This document shows positions 11,617 to 20,891 of a stretch of DNA of 64,000 nt, piece after piece. The DNA lies in NCBI RefSeq assembly GCF_000142905.1, contig NW_013657639.1, forward strand, positions 208,976 to 272,975. Reading direction: 5' to 3'. The position numbers and the translations under genes are program-made. The notes below the pieces were generated by a model, which searched no databases, was not told where the DNA came from, and worked only from the letters and a program-made list of their open reading frames with translations. Origin of the DNA: Thecamonas trahens ATCC 50062 (taxonomy: Eukaryota > Protista > Apusomonadida). The first letter of the stretch is position 1. Every line of letters starts with the position of its first letter.

Positions 11617-11783
11617 GCATCGTCCCCCGCTCCCCCAATTGCTGCACGCGCACATGTAGCAAGTCGTGTGACTTGCGGCATGCAAGCGGCAAGCCACCGC
11701 CACAGCCACAGCATACCTCACTCCACCACACTCCCCCCTCCTCCTTCTCCTCCTCCTCCTCCTACTCACCCACACACATAACC

Positions 11784-13540
11784 ATGTGCTTGGTTGCCTC
11801 TCTCATTGTCCTCACTCTCGTCATCTTTGCTACTGATGCTGCTGATTCGGCTACTGGTGGTGCCCCTCGGCGCTTCCCCATGACGGCACCTGCCTGGGAG
11901 AGAGACCACGCAGTGACTCACGTGGTGCCGACCACGACAGGCAAGCTCACTGGTGCTACCTACGTTCACAAGGAGACGGGCACTCGATCGGTGGTCTTTC
12001 TTGGTGTTCCCTTTGCCCAGCCGCCTGTAGGCTCGCTCCGCTGGCGGCCGCCAGTTCAGCTTCCGGCCGATGCGGCCGAGCATGACATTGATGCCACAGC
12101 TTTTGCTCCGTCTTGCGTCCAGCTGCCATCGACGGCTGTCCCGGCCCATGTTCAGTCGGAGGACTGCCTCTACATCAACCTCTACCTGCCCGAGGCAGCC
12201 CTGCTTGCCGCCGATCACTCGGCAGCTCAACGGCCTGTCCTCGAGTACATCTACGGCGGCTCGTTTGTCTCGGGCTCGTCCGCCAATCAGGACATCAACG
12301 GCCTCAACCTGACCCTCACAGATGCCGTGGTCGTCACCATGAACTACCGCCTCGGCCCGTTTGGCTTTCTCGCCACCCGCGCCTCGATGGCCCAAGAGGT
12401 GACAACCGGCAACTACGGCCTCCTTGACCAGGCTGCTGCAATGGAGTGGGTCGCCGCTAACGTGGCGGCCTTTGGCGGCGATCCGGCTGGCATTACTCTC
12501 TTTGGTGAGTCGGCAGGCGCCATCTCCGTCTGCTTCCATCTCGTGTGGCACAAGCACCGCGAGTCTTCCCTCTTTGCCCGCGCCATCATGCAGTCGCCCG
12601 ACTGTGACGCCGGCACCCCGCTCGATGACGCCCTTGCCCAAGGCGACGCCTTTGCGCTCGCCACAGGCTGCGCCCATCTCCGCAACCAGCCCCCGCCCAG
12701 CTGGCCTGCTTCCGCGAGCTCTCAGCTCAAACCGTTCTCCATGCCCTCCCGCTGCAGGCCTTTGGCGAGACCACCGGCGCCTCGTACGGCGGCGTCATCG
12801 ACGGCATGATCGTGACCGGCAAGCCGAATGAGGTCCTTGCCCGTGACGGTGTTGAGCCTGATGTCCCAGTCGTCGCCGGCACTTGCGCGCAGTCGTGCAC
12901 TCTCTTTGTCATGCCCAACGCTACTCAGCGAAACATGTCCAACAACACGCTCGTCGCCCGCCTCTCTGCGCTCTGGCCGCCGGCCGCCGTCACCCAGATC
13001 CTCGATGCCTATCCGCTCTCGGCCTACCAGCTTGTGCCACCAGCATCGGCTTGGGCCCACATGCTCTCCGACTATGTATTCCATTGCCCGACGAGGACAA
13101 CGGCATCCTTGCTCGCCGCAGGCTCGGCGCGTACCCATCTCTACGTCTACGACCACCCGCCGCACTGCGATCACTACCCGCGTGACCTGCACAAGTACAT
13201 GGGCGCATATCACTACGCCGACGTGCCGGCCACCTTTGGCTCGCCGCCGCTGCATCCGCCCGAGCCGTGCGCATGGTCGGCCGCCGACGCCGCCGTCTCG
13301 GCCACCATCCAGCAGCTCTGGCATAACTTTGCCCTCGGGAAGCCCATGGCGACGGCGTGGCCGGCCTACGACACCTCCTCGCGCCCAGTCTACTTTATCG
13401 CCGCAAACTCGCAACTTGGCCACAACTACGAAGAGCGCCAGTGTGCGCTGTGGGACTCGCTCGCCCCGCCGGCCGGCCACAGCTCGCACGCTAGTGCCCG
13501 TGCCGCCCTCCGTGCCGCCCTTGAGACTGCCGTGCACTAG
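11784..13540 (+). CDS. Secreted type-B carboxylesterase/lipase (cholinesterase fold); -1 frameshift near 12690
   Basis: Signal peptide; FLGVPFAQPPVGSLRW, SEDCLYIN, YGGSF, NYRLGPFGF, GNYGLLDQ, FGESAG. Second frame continues QLACFRELSA...GAYHYADV...WPAY. Confidence 0.9.
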
Positions 13541-14766
13541 CACATGTCGTCGAGTTGGAGACCAAGACCGAGTGCCAAATTACCGTTCTCGCCGCCGTAG
13601 GTGAGGACGCAAGCAAACGAAAACGCCCCCGAGCCATACAGCAGCGAGAGCGCGAGTGAGTCGCCGTCGAGGCGGACTCGCACAATCGACGACTGCGAGA
13701 CCCGATACGCCATGGCGTACCGCGCCAGCAGCCGCGAGTTGGCCAGTGCCATATCGATGGCCAGCACCGTGTTGCGGCCGGGCCACTGTGCGAGCGTCAC
13801 CCCAATCTTCGAGCCCTTGGCCTGCGAGTAGAGCGTAACCACCGCGTCGTCGTCCATCACCTCCATCTTAACGTCGACCCACTTGACCGCCCGCTTGCTC
13901 AGCGAGTAACCGACCGAGGCGCCAACGCACGCCGCTGCCGAGAGTGGCAACACAATGTCGGCGCCAACCTCGGGCCCACGCCGAGAGAGGATCGCCAGCG
14001 CCGTCCCGTGCGCCCCGTCCCGGAACCACGGCACCGCGGTCTCGGCCACCACTTTGACCGAGTGCCGCGAGACTCGCCGGATGCGGTGGCCCTTGGACGA
14101 GAGCCGCCGGTGGAGGTAAAATACCACTTGCGCTGAAACACTCGTCTCGGCCACGCCCCATGGCTCGCTCACCACCCGCTTCACGCTCATCTTGACGTCG
14201 TCGGTCGCGGCCGAGCCCATCCGCGCCATGGCGTAGAGTCCAAGCTCCTTGTTCATCACTCGCAGCCAAGAGTCGTAGTAGATTCGCGAGCCATCCAGTG
14301 CGTAGCTCACTCCAGATGCGCTGCGTGACGCCGAGGCGAAGCGGGTCAGCCCCGCCAGCACCCACTGTCCGTCGCCCTTGCCGCCCGACGAGCCGCCCGC
14401 TCCTCTCGCCTCACCGGAGGCGCCACCTCCTGCATCACTCCCATCGGCCTCGCCATGCCGCAACCACAGCCCCAGTGGAGTCCAAAACTCAAGCGCAACA
14501 CCACGGGTAAAGCCCTTGAACAGAAACGAGGCCGCCGACGAGAACTCGGACCACTTACGCGGCTGGCGCTGCCATTGTGATCGGTCGGTGGAGGTAAAGT
14601 GGCTCCGCTGCCGTGCGCGTCCAGCTCCAGCCCCAACCCCAGCTCCAGCTCCAGCTCCAGTCCCAGCCCCAGTCCCAGCCCCAGCCCCAGCCCCTGTCCG
14701 ATCGCTCCTTCCTGTCCCACGTGTCCACCTTTGGCTGTTGCTCGAGCGACCAGCTGCCGTCGCCAT
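13537..14766 (-). CDS. Divergent eukaryotic porin (VDAC/Porin_3 family) with GA-rich N-terminal extension
   Basis: PRKWSEFSSAASFLFKGF resembles the VDAC N-terminal helix; alternating beta strands; C-terminal beta signal LALGLGLQL. Confidence 0.6.
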   Translation of the reverse strand: MATAAGRSSNSQRWTRGTGRSDRTGAGAGAGTGAGTGAGAGAGVGAGAGRARQRSHFTSTDRSQWQRQPRKWSEFSSAASFLFKGFTRGVALEFWTPLGLWLRHGEADGSDAGGGASGEARGAGGSSGGKGDGQWVLAGLTRFASASRSASGVSYALDGSRIYYDSWLRVMNKELGLYAMARMGSAATDDVKMSVKRVVSEPWGVAETSVSAQVVFYLHRRLSSKGHRIRRVSRHSVKVVAETAVPWFRDGAHGTALAILSRRGPEVGADIVLPLSAAACVGASVGYSLSKRAVKWVDVKMEVMDDDAVVTLYSQAKGSKIGVTLAQWPGRNTVLAIDMALANSRLLARYAMAYRVSQSSIVRVRLDGDSLALSLLYGSGAFSFACVLTYGGENGNLALGLGLQLDDMC

Positions 14767-14796
14767 TACGTCCGCTCAGACCTCCGCCTGCCACCT

Positions 14797-14857
14797 CGCT
14801 CTCGCTCTCGCTCTCGCTCTCGCTCTCGCTCTCACTCTCACTCTCGCTCTCGCTCTC
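14797..14857. repeat. (CTCTCG)n microsatellite
   Basis: Seen directly. Confidence 0.9.
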
Positions 14858-15081
14858 GGCTCTAGTCACGGCTGCTCCCGCACCTCCTTGCTGACTATGA
14901 CTCTTGCGAAGCAGAGCAAGACTCGAGGTTGATGGCGTCTCGGAGAGGAGTGCTTCGACCTCAGCTCGTCGCCAGCCCGTGCCCGCTCGTCGGCTCACGG
15001 GCTCGCCCCCCTCACCCCTCACCCCCGCCCCGCCCCTCACCCCCCGCCCCCCCCTTCCGCCCCGTGCTCAACGGTTGTTGT

Positions 15082-17457
15082 TCAATCAGATTTGATCCGC
15101 GGAATCGAAGACGACTCGAGGACGATCGGCTGGGTGGGATGGACAAAGGTGATGCCCAAGTCGATGAGAATCTCTTGCAGCTTGAGGAGAAGACGCGACT
15201 TGGGGACGAGGAATCGGGCCGGCCTCTGCCAGGAGACGCCGAGGAGGCCGATCCACACATTGAGTGTGAGCTTGTTGGCCGAGTTCTCGATCGAGTCGAC
15301 CCAAACCATAAAGTTGTCGGTGTTCCACGGCGCCGAGTTGTCGTCAAAGAAGAAGCGGAGGACCCGGGCCTCGATGTCGGCGACCTGCTGGGCCGTCACG
15401 TGCGAGTCCATGTTGATGGTCGCGTTGATGGCGTAGTCCTTCGACCGCTTGTACGAGGTGAGCACAGAGGTGAACAGCATCGAGTTGGGGATGATAAACT
15501 GCCGCCCGTCCGGAGAGTGGGCTTCGGTCGTGAACAGGTAGATCGAGTCCACAATGAGCGTCGGGTAGCCTTCGAGCGTGAACCGATCGCCGGTGAAAAA
15601 CGGCCGAACCACAAAGATGTACAGGAATGACTGCCACGCCGCCTGCGCTGACGAGCCAAAGATAAACGCGAGACCGAGGAGGAGCGGGAGAAGGACCTGG
15701 AGGACGTCAACTCCGAGGAACGAGAGGATGAAGAAAAAGACTAGTGACCAGAAGAGCGCTCCGGTAAAGGCGTGCAGGACCGAGGCAACCTGCCCGCGGT
15801 CGCGCAGCATGCGGTACGTCGTCTCGCGCGACTGGAAAATGTCAAAGATGGTCGAGACCGCAAGGTCGTAGTCGACCTCGAGCGTTGCCAGGTTGATCCG
15901 TCGCGACGCCGCGAACATCGACATGGCCCGCACCGCATCCGGATGGTCCATCACCCGCTCCAAGTCCGCGAGGTTGAAGTAGCCCTTGTCGTTGCGGTCG
16001 AGATTCTCCATCAAGTCCGCCGCCCGCACAGCCGACGCCTGCCGCTTCTCACCCTCGGAGAAGAGATGCAAATCGTCCGAGAGGACCTGCCCGAGCAGCG
16101 CCCGCATCGTTTTGTGCAGGTCGTGGGTGTGCGGCGGCATGACCGGCGTCATCCACTTTTCCTTGGCCCTCTTGCAGCATGTTGTCAGCTTGCACACAAT
16201 CTCTTCGTTCTTGACGTGCTGCTCGAGCTCTGCGCCAAACAACTCAAAGTGAATGTGCTCGAGGTACACGCGCTCGATGGCAAACTTGATGAGGTGGGCG
16301 AGAAAGACAAAGAGCACCATCAGCTGAATGTCCACAAGCAGCGTTCGGAGCCGCGCCTCAGTGCCCGAGTCGACAACCGTGGGCGTGACAATGAGGAGCG
16401 TGATGGCCCAGCAGACTGAGGTCAGATCAAGCTGTGCGCCCTCAAAGAGGTAGAAGGTAAACGTGAGGTAGAACCGCGGCTTGAGCACGTTGTAGGTCAC
16501 CGTGATGAGGAGCCGCATGACCACCCAGCCGGCGAGTGCCGCCGACCAGAACCACATGCCGTGCTCGAGCGGAAGCGCGTACGCCTGCTCGTGTGCTGGC
16601 GTTAGCGCCACCACCAGGCCGGCGAGCGCAAACGCAATCGATGCAAACGTCGCCAGCGCTGCCAGCGGCACCGAGAGGAACGCCCGGATAAAGCCGGGCG
16701 TGAACATCTGTGTCTCCATCGGCATGATGAGCGGAATGCCGAGCATCGGCGTTCGCTTAACCCGGTCATGCTTGCGGATCATTCGCCGGTCGCGCGGGAG
16801 GAGCTCGGCCCACGCGTCCGGCGGCGGCAGCGGCGGCGGCGGCGGCGGCGGAATAGGCGGAGCGGGTGTTGGGAGCGGCGCGTTCGCTGAGGTCGGCGAG
16901 ATCGGCTGCGCCCCCTGCGATGAGGCTGGCTGCGCGACATCAGCCGAAGTCATCGATTCCGACGACATTCCCCGCGCCCGCGTCCGAATCGCCTGCACCG
17001 CCGTCGTGCCCGAGATCGACGCGTTGAGGTCGGTAGCATAGCGGTAGCTGGCATTGGCTTTGCGCCGGTTGCGGAGCATGGCCTCAGCGATGGTGTTTGC
17101 CGCACCACCGACCGCTGCCGCCGCCGCTGCCGCATCATGCGCATTGACACGGACTTGCAGGTCCGGCGAGCTCGCTCCTGCTGGCCCCGCCGCCCGAGCC
17201 GCCAGCTCCGACTCGACCCCGGCCTCGGCTTCGCCGTCCCATGAGCCATAGATCGATGAGTAGTCCTCAATGTCCTCCGTCTCAGCCGATGGCAATATTT
17301 GCAGCTCGTTGTCGTGGTGGCTGTCTCCAGGTGGTGCCGCTTGCACAGCTGTCAGCTGTGCCTCGGATACGGCCTGCGGTCTACCCCAACGCTGTCTTTG
17401 CCCGCGCCCACGTTGCCTACTACGGCTGCTCGCTGGCCGACGCGGAGTTCGTGACAT
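15082..17457 (-). CDS. MscS-like mechanosensitive channel (eukaryotic MSL/Msy type with EF-hand), paralogue 1
   Basis: Multiple TMs; EF-like DRNDKGYFNLAD; LAFIFG...FVVRPFFTGDR; IIPNSML; S-Y-KRS. Confidence 0.9.
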   Translation of the reverse strand: MSRTPRRPASSRSRQRGRGQRQRWGRPQAVSEAQLTAVQAAPPGDSHHDNELQILPSAETEDIEDYSSIYGSWDGEAEAGVESELAARAAGPAGASSPDLQVRVNAHDAAAAAAAVGGAANTIAEAMLRNRRKANASYRYATDLNASISGTTAVQAIRTRARGMSSESMTSADVAQPASSQGAQPISPTSANAPLPTPAPPIPPPPPPPLPPPDAWAELLPRDRRMIRKHDRVKRTPMLGIPLIMPMETQMFTPGFIRAFLSVPLAALATFASIAFALAGLVVALTPAHEQAYALPLEHGMWFWSAALAGWVVMRLLITVTYNVLKPRFYLTFTFYLFEGAQLDLTSVCWAITLLIVTPTVVDSGTEARLRTLLVDIQLMVLFVFLAHLIKFAIERVYLEHIHFELFGAELEQHVKNEEIVCKLTTCCKRAKEKWMTPVMPPHTHDLHKTMRALLGQVLSDDLHLFSEGEKRQASAVRAADLMENLDRNDKGYFNLADLERVMDHPDAVRAMSMFAASRRINLATLEVDYDLAVSTIFDIFQSRETTYRMLRDRGQVASVLHAFTGALFWSLVFFFILSFLGVDVLQVLLPLLLGLAFIFGSSAQAAWQSFLYIFVVRPFFTGDRFTLEGYPTLIVDSIYLFTTEAHSPDGRQFIIPNSMLFTSVLTSYKRSKDYAINATINMDSHVTAQQVADIEARVLRFFFDDNSAPWNTDNFMVWVDSIENSANKLTLNVWIGLLGVSWQRPARFLVPKSRLLLKLQEILIDLGITFVHPTQPIVLESSSIPRIKSD

Positions 17458-17973
17458 ATAGCTACTCAGAGAGAAACGTTGGCGTGCTGGTACAAGTCGT
17501 CAAGCTACGCAGAGAGTGGTGGAGATGGGGAGGAGGGGAGGACTTGTCATGGTGACGGGATGAGGAGCCCAGGACACAATGACAAAAAAAAAGCGGTACA
17601 GATAAAGGATGATTGAAAGTAGAACAGGTCGGGGAGGCGGTGAGCAGTGGAAGAGTGGAGATGGCGACGGGTGAGAGTGAAGGGAAACGGGGGGAGAGGG
17701 AATGAGGCGATGCGCGCAGCAAGAGATGGTGTGACGCTGATAAGAAGGTGTACAAAAAAAAGAGAAACGCAGTCAAGGAGGAGTCGAACCCCTCTCAATT
17801 TCTCGAGCTACGGGTTTGAAGCCCGCATCGACCACCGGGCCGAATCATGACTGCAAAGAGGAACAGTTTCCGCAGCAGACTTTGACGGCCACAGCTCGGC
17901 CGCGCACTCTACACCAAAACATGACTGATCGCCCAGACGTGGCGACAATCGATGATGGTGTGTGGACTGTGGT

Positions 17974-20355
17974 TTAGTCGAGGTCGCCAGGCGGCGGGAC
18001 CTCGGCACCGGCGGCGCCGGCATCGGCGGCCGGCTCCTCCTTGGGCTTGGCCTCCTCCTTGGGCTTGGGCTCCTCCTTGGGCTTGGGCTTGGGCTTGTTG
18101 ACGATGGAGCGGGCAACCTTGTGCAGGGCCTTCTCCTTGGCGGTGAGGGCACCGGCGGTGACGGCTGGGTCGTCGGTCTTAGCAAGGCCGTTCTGGGCGG
18201 CGAGCTTCTCGTTGAGCCACTGGGTGGTCGAGTCGTAGATCTTCTGGACCTTCTTGCGGTCGGCGTCCTCGATATGGGACCACTTGTCGTCAGTCGAGGC
18301 GAGGAAGGCGCCGTAAGTGGCGAGGGAGGCCTGGAGCGAGGCGATGGCAGCGGGGCGCTTGGCCTCCTGCTCGCGACGGTGGGCGGGCTTGTCACCGATA
18401 GCCTTGAGCTCGGCAAGCTTGGCGTCGTAGACCTTCTTGGCGGCGTCCTCGCCGTCGTCGTAGAGCCAGTCCTCGGTGTCGTTGAGGAGCGAGACAAAGG
18501 CGTCGCGGTCGGCCGGGAGCATGTACTCGGCGAGCGGCTCGCCGTCACGGAGCTTGGAGCGGAGGTCGTAGACGTACGACTCGACGGCGTTGCGCGCCTC
18601 ACCGGTCTCGCGGACAAGCTTGTCCTTGAAGGCCAGCTCGACCTCGAGCTCGCGGGCGACCATGAGCTCGGGCGCGGTGAGCCCTGCGGTGGTCTCGGAG
18701 ACGGTCAGGTCGATACGCTTGGTCTTCTTCTTGGTCTTCTTGCCAGCGGCCTCGCCCTCGGCCTCGCCCTCAGCAGCGGCCTCGTCGCCCGACGGCTTGG
18801 CCTCGTCGCCGCCCTCGGCGGCGGCCTCGGCGGCCTCGTCGACCTCGACCTCGTACTCTTCAACCATGTACGCCCACGGGACGCGGATGAGGCCCGACTT
18901 GTCAAGCTTGACCTTGAGCTTGATCTTGCGGACCTCGTCAGCAGACATGCCCTCCGGGAAGCCCGAAACGATGTAGGTGCCGAGCCGGGTGTCTGCACCC
19001 GGGTACGGCGCCTCGTCGTAGTCGGCAGCGACCTCAAACTGGCCCGAGCGGTAGAATGAGAGGAGCTTCGAGTTGGGCACCGGGTTGTTGGCCACAAAGG
19101 TGGCCGAGGCCTTGGCCTCGCCGTCGTCGGCGATCCAAGTCATCGAGACCGGGTACATCGACGAGTCGACAATGGCGTAGTCGCGGACGCGGATGATCGG
19201 CGAGAGCATGGCGCACGCGAGCGCGCAGCCGCGGGCGGCAGCCTCGGACTTGTTCAGCGTGTCCGACAGCTCGGCGCCGCCGAGCACCTCCGACACGCAG
19301 TTGCGCACAATGCGGACGCGCGAGCCGCCGCCCACCATCTCGCACGAGTGGATGTCGGCCGACGAGAGGCCAGACTGCTCAAGCGCCGCGGTGACAACGC
19401 TCGAGACGCGGCCGGCAAGGTCCGAGACAAGCGCCTCAAACTCCTCACGGGTGTACGTGAGCGAGACGTCGCGGTCGTCGAGCAGGCACTCGATCGAGAG
19501 CCGGCCCTCGGGGTTGGTGGTGAACACACGCTTGAGCTTCTCGCACTGCTGAAGCAGCCGGAGCGTCGCCTTGGCCGACGACGCAACGTCGATTCCGGGC
19601 TTGGTCTTGAACTCCTTCATAAAGTGCTTGCAAAGCGCATCGTCAAAGTTGCGCGAGCCAAGCGTCCGGTCCGCTGCGCGGCCCACAACCTCGAGCTTGT
19701 CCTTGGTGAACTTGACAATCGCAACCTCGAACGACGACTCGCCCATGTCGGCAAACATGACCGTCCGCGGCGTCTCGTCGGTGATCTCGGGCTTGTAGAA
19801 CCCGTACTCGAGCGCAACCGCAGTCGTCGCGTTGAAGAGCTTGAGGCAGTTGAGGTCCGCAATCTGGAGCGCGTCAACCATCGCACGCCGCTCGGCGTCG
19901 GTGAAGAACGACGGGACAGAGACGACCACGTCAGACACCTTGGCCATCAGCGAGTTCTCCGCAATCTCCTTGAGATGGCCGAGCATCATCGACGCCGCAG
20001 ACTCGGGTGAGATCGTCCGCTTCTCGTCGCCCATCGGCACGCGGATGCCGACCGAGTCGGCCTTCTCGCCCTCGACGAGCTCGTAGTGCACAAAGTGCGA
20101 GTCCTTGAGCGCGGTGATCGCCTCCGACGAGTACTTGGCGCCAAGCAGCGACTTGATCGAAGTCACCGTGTTCTTGAGGTTCATGACGTGCGAGGTCTTG
20201 GCGTTGTTGCCCAGCCGACGCTCGCCCGAGCCAAAGCCAACCATAGTCGGCGTCTCGCGCTTGGAGATGTCGTTCATGAGCACATCCACGCCGCCAGACT
20301 TGACAACGCCAATCTTGCACGTGTCATTACCAAAGTCGATCCCAACAACAGACAT
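17974..20355 (-). CDS. HSP110: Hsp110/Sse1 (HSPA4-like) chaperone
   Basis: MSVVGIDFGN, TTAVALEYG, GGGSRV, TLNKSEAAARGCALACAMLSP, NAVESYVY, EDWLY. Confidence 0.96.
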   Translation of the reverse strand: MSVVGIDFGNDTCKIGVVKSGGVDVLMNDISKRETPTMVGFGSGERRLGNNAKTSHVMNLKNTVTSIKSLLGAKYSSEAITALKDSHFVHYELVEGEKADSVGIRVPMGDEKRTISPESAASMMLGHLKEIAENSLMAKVSDVVVSVPSFFTDAERRAMVDALQIADLNCLKLFNATTAVALEYGFYKPEITDETPRTVMFADMGESSFEVAIVKFTKDKLEVVGRAADRTLGSRNFDDALCKHFMKEFKTKPGIDVASSAKATLRLLQQCEKLKRVFTTNPEGRLSIECLLDDRDVSLTYTREEFEALVSDLAGRVSSVVTAALEQSGLSSADIHSCEMVGGGSRVRIVRNCVSEVLGGAELSDTLNKSEAAARGCALACAMLSPIIRVRDYAIVDSSMYPVSMTWIADDGEAKASATFVANNPVPNSKLLSFYRSGQFEVAADYDEAPYPGADTRLGTYIVSGFPEGMSADEVRKIKLKVKLDKSGLIRVPWAYMVEEYEVEVDEAAEAAAEGGDEAKPSGDEAAAEGEAEGEAAGKKTKKKTKRIDLTVSETTAGLTAPELMVARELEVELAFKDKLVRETGEARNAVESYVYDLRSKLRDGEPLAEYMLPADRDAFVSLLNDTEDWLYDDGEDAAKKVYDAKLAELKAIGDKPAHRREQEAKRPAAIASLQASLATYGAFLASTDDKWSHIEDADRKKVQKIYDSTTQWLNEKLAAQNGLAKTDDPAVTAGALTAKEKALHKVARSIVNKPKPKPKEEPKPKEEAKPKEEPAADAGAAGAEVPPPGDLD

Positions 20356-20891
20356 GTTCTATCCCTCCAATCACCATCTCCTTGTGTGAGTGTGCGTCAC
20401 GCCCTGCTCGACCACCTTCCTCTGAGCCCTTGCTCCGCGTCACGGGATGAATTCATGATCCCTTTCGGCGACTCCCGCCACCCCCCCCCTCCTACCCACT
20501 TCCTTTGCCCAGTACCCCTACCACCTCTGCTCCCAACTACCATACCCTATGGTATGTATAAATGGAAGATGTTCTGCTGGTGGTGGGGAATGGGTCGCTG
20601 GTGGTGTGGTGGGGGGGGGGAGGGGGGTTGGCCTTCAACTGACGTACCCTCTGTAGGTCGTATGCGAGTCGAGTGGCAGGTCGTTCCCCGCACGGTGACG
20701 CCTTCACGAAGGCCGATGATGCCTTCCATTCATTCGTTTTCGGCGAAATGAGGGTGCTCAACCCAACAGGAGCCATATTGGCCAACGGGTCATGTCATGA
20801 GTGATGAGAGCGGCAGAGCCGACGAGGTGGTGCCGTAGGAATCGGGCCAGATCTTGGTCAACCATTGTGATGACTTGCAGAGGAGAACATG

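Noticed and set aside
10936-11781. Poly-MME, IIS, HHL, DDG and SSP ORFs
   Set aside because: Translations of the 9-bp satellite across an N gap; the esterase has its own ATG and signal peptide at 11784.
12660-12720. Pseudogene or programmed frameshift call for the esterase (and Sec24, ABCA)
   Set aside because: Motifs are intact on both sides, there is no consistent slippery heptamer, and the pattern fits homopolymer errors.
17962-20086. Long antisense ORFs over Hsp110 (likewise over MscS, Sec24 and ABCA)
   Set aside because: Expected shadows of GC3-rich codon usage; no motifs.
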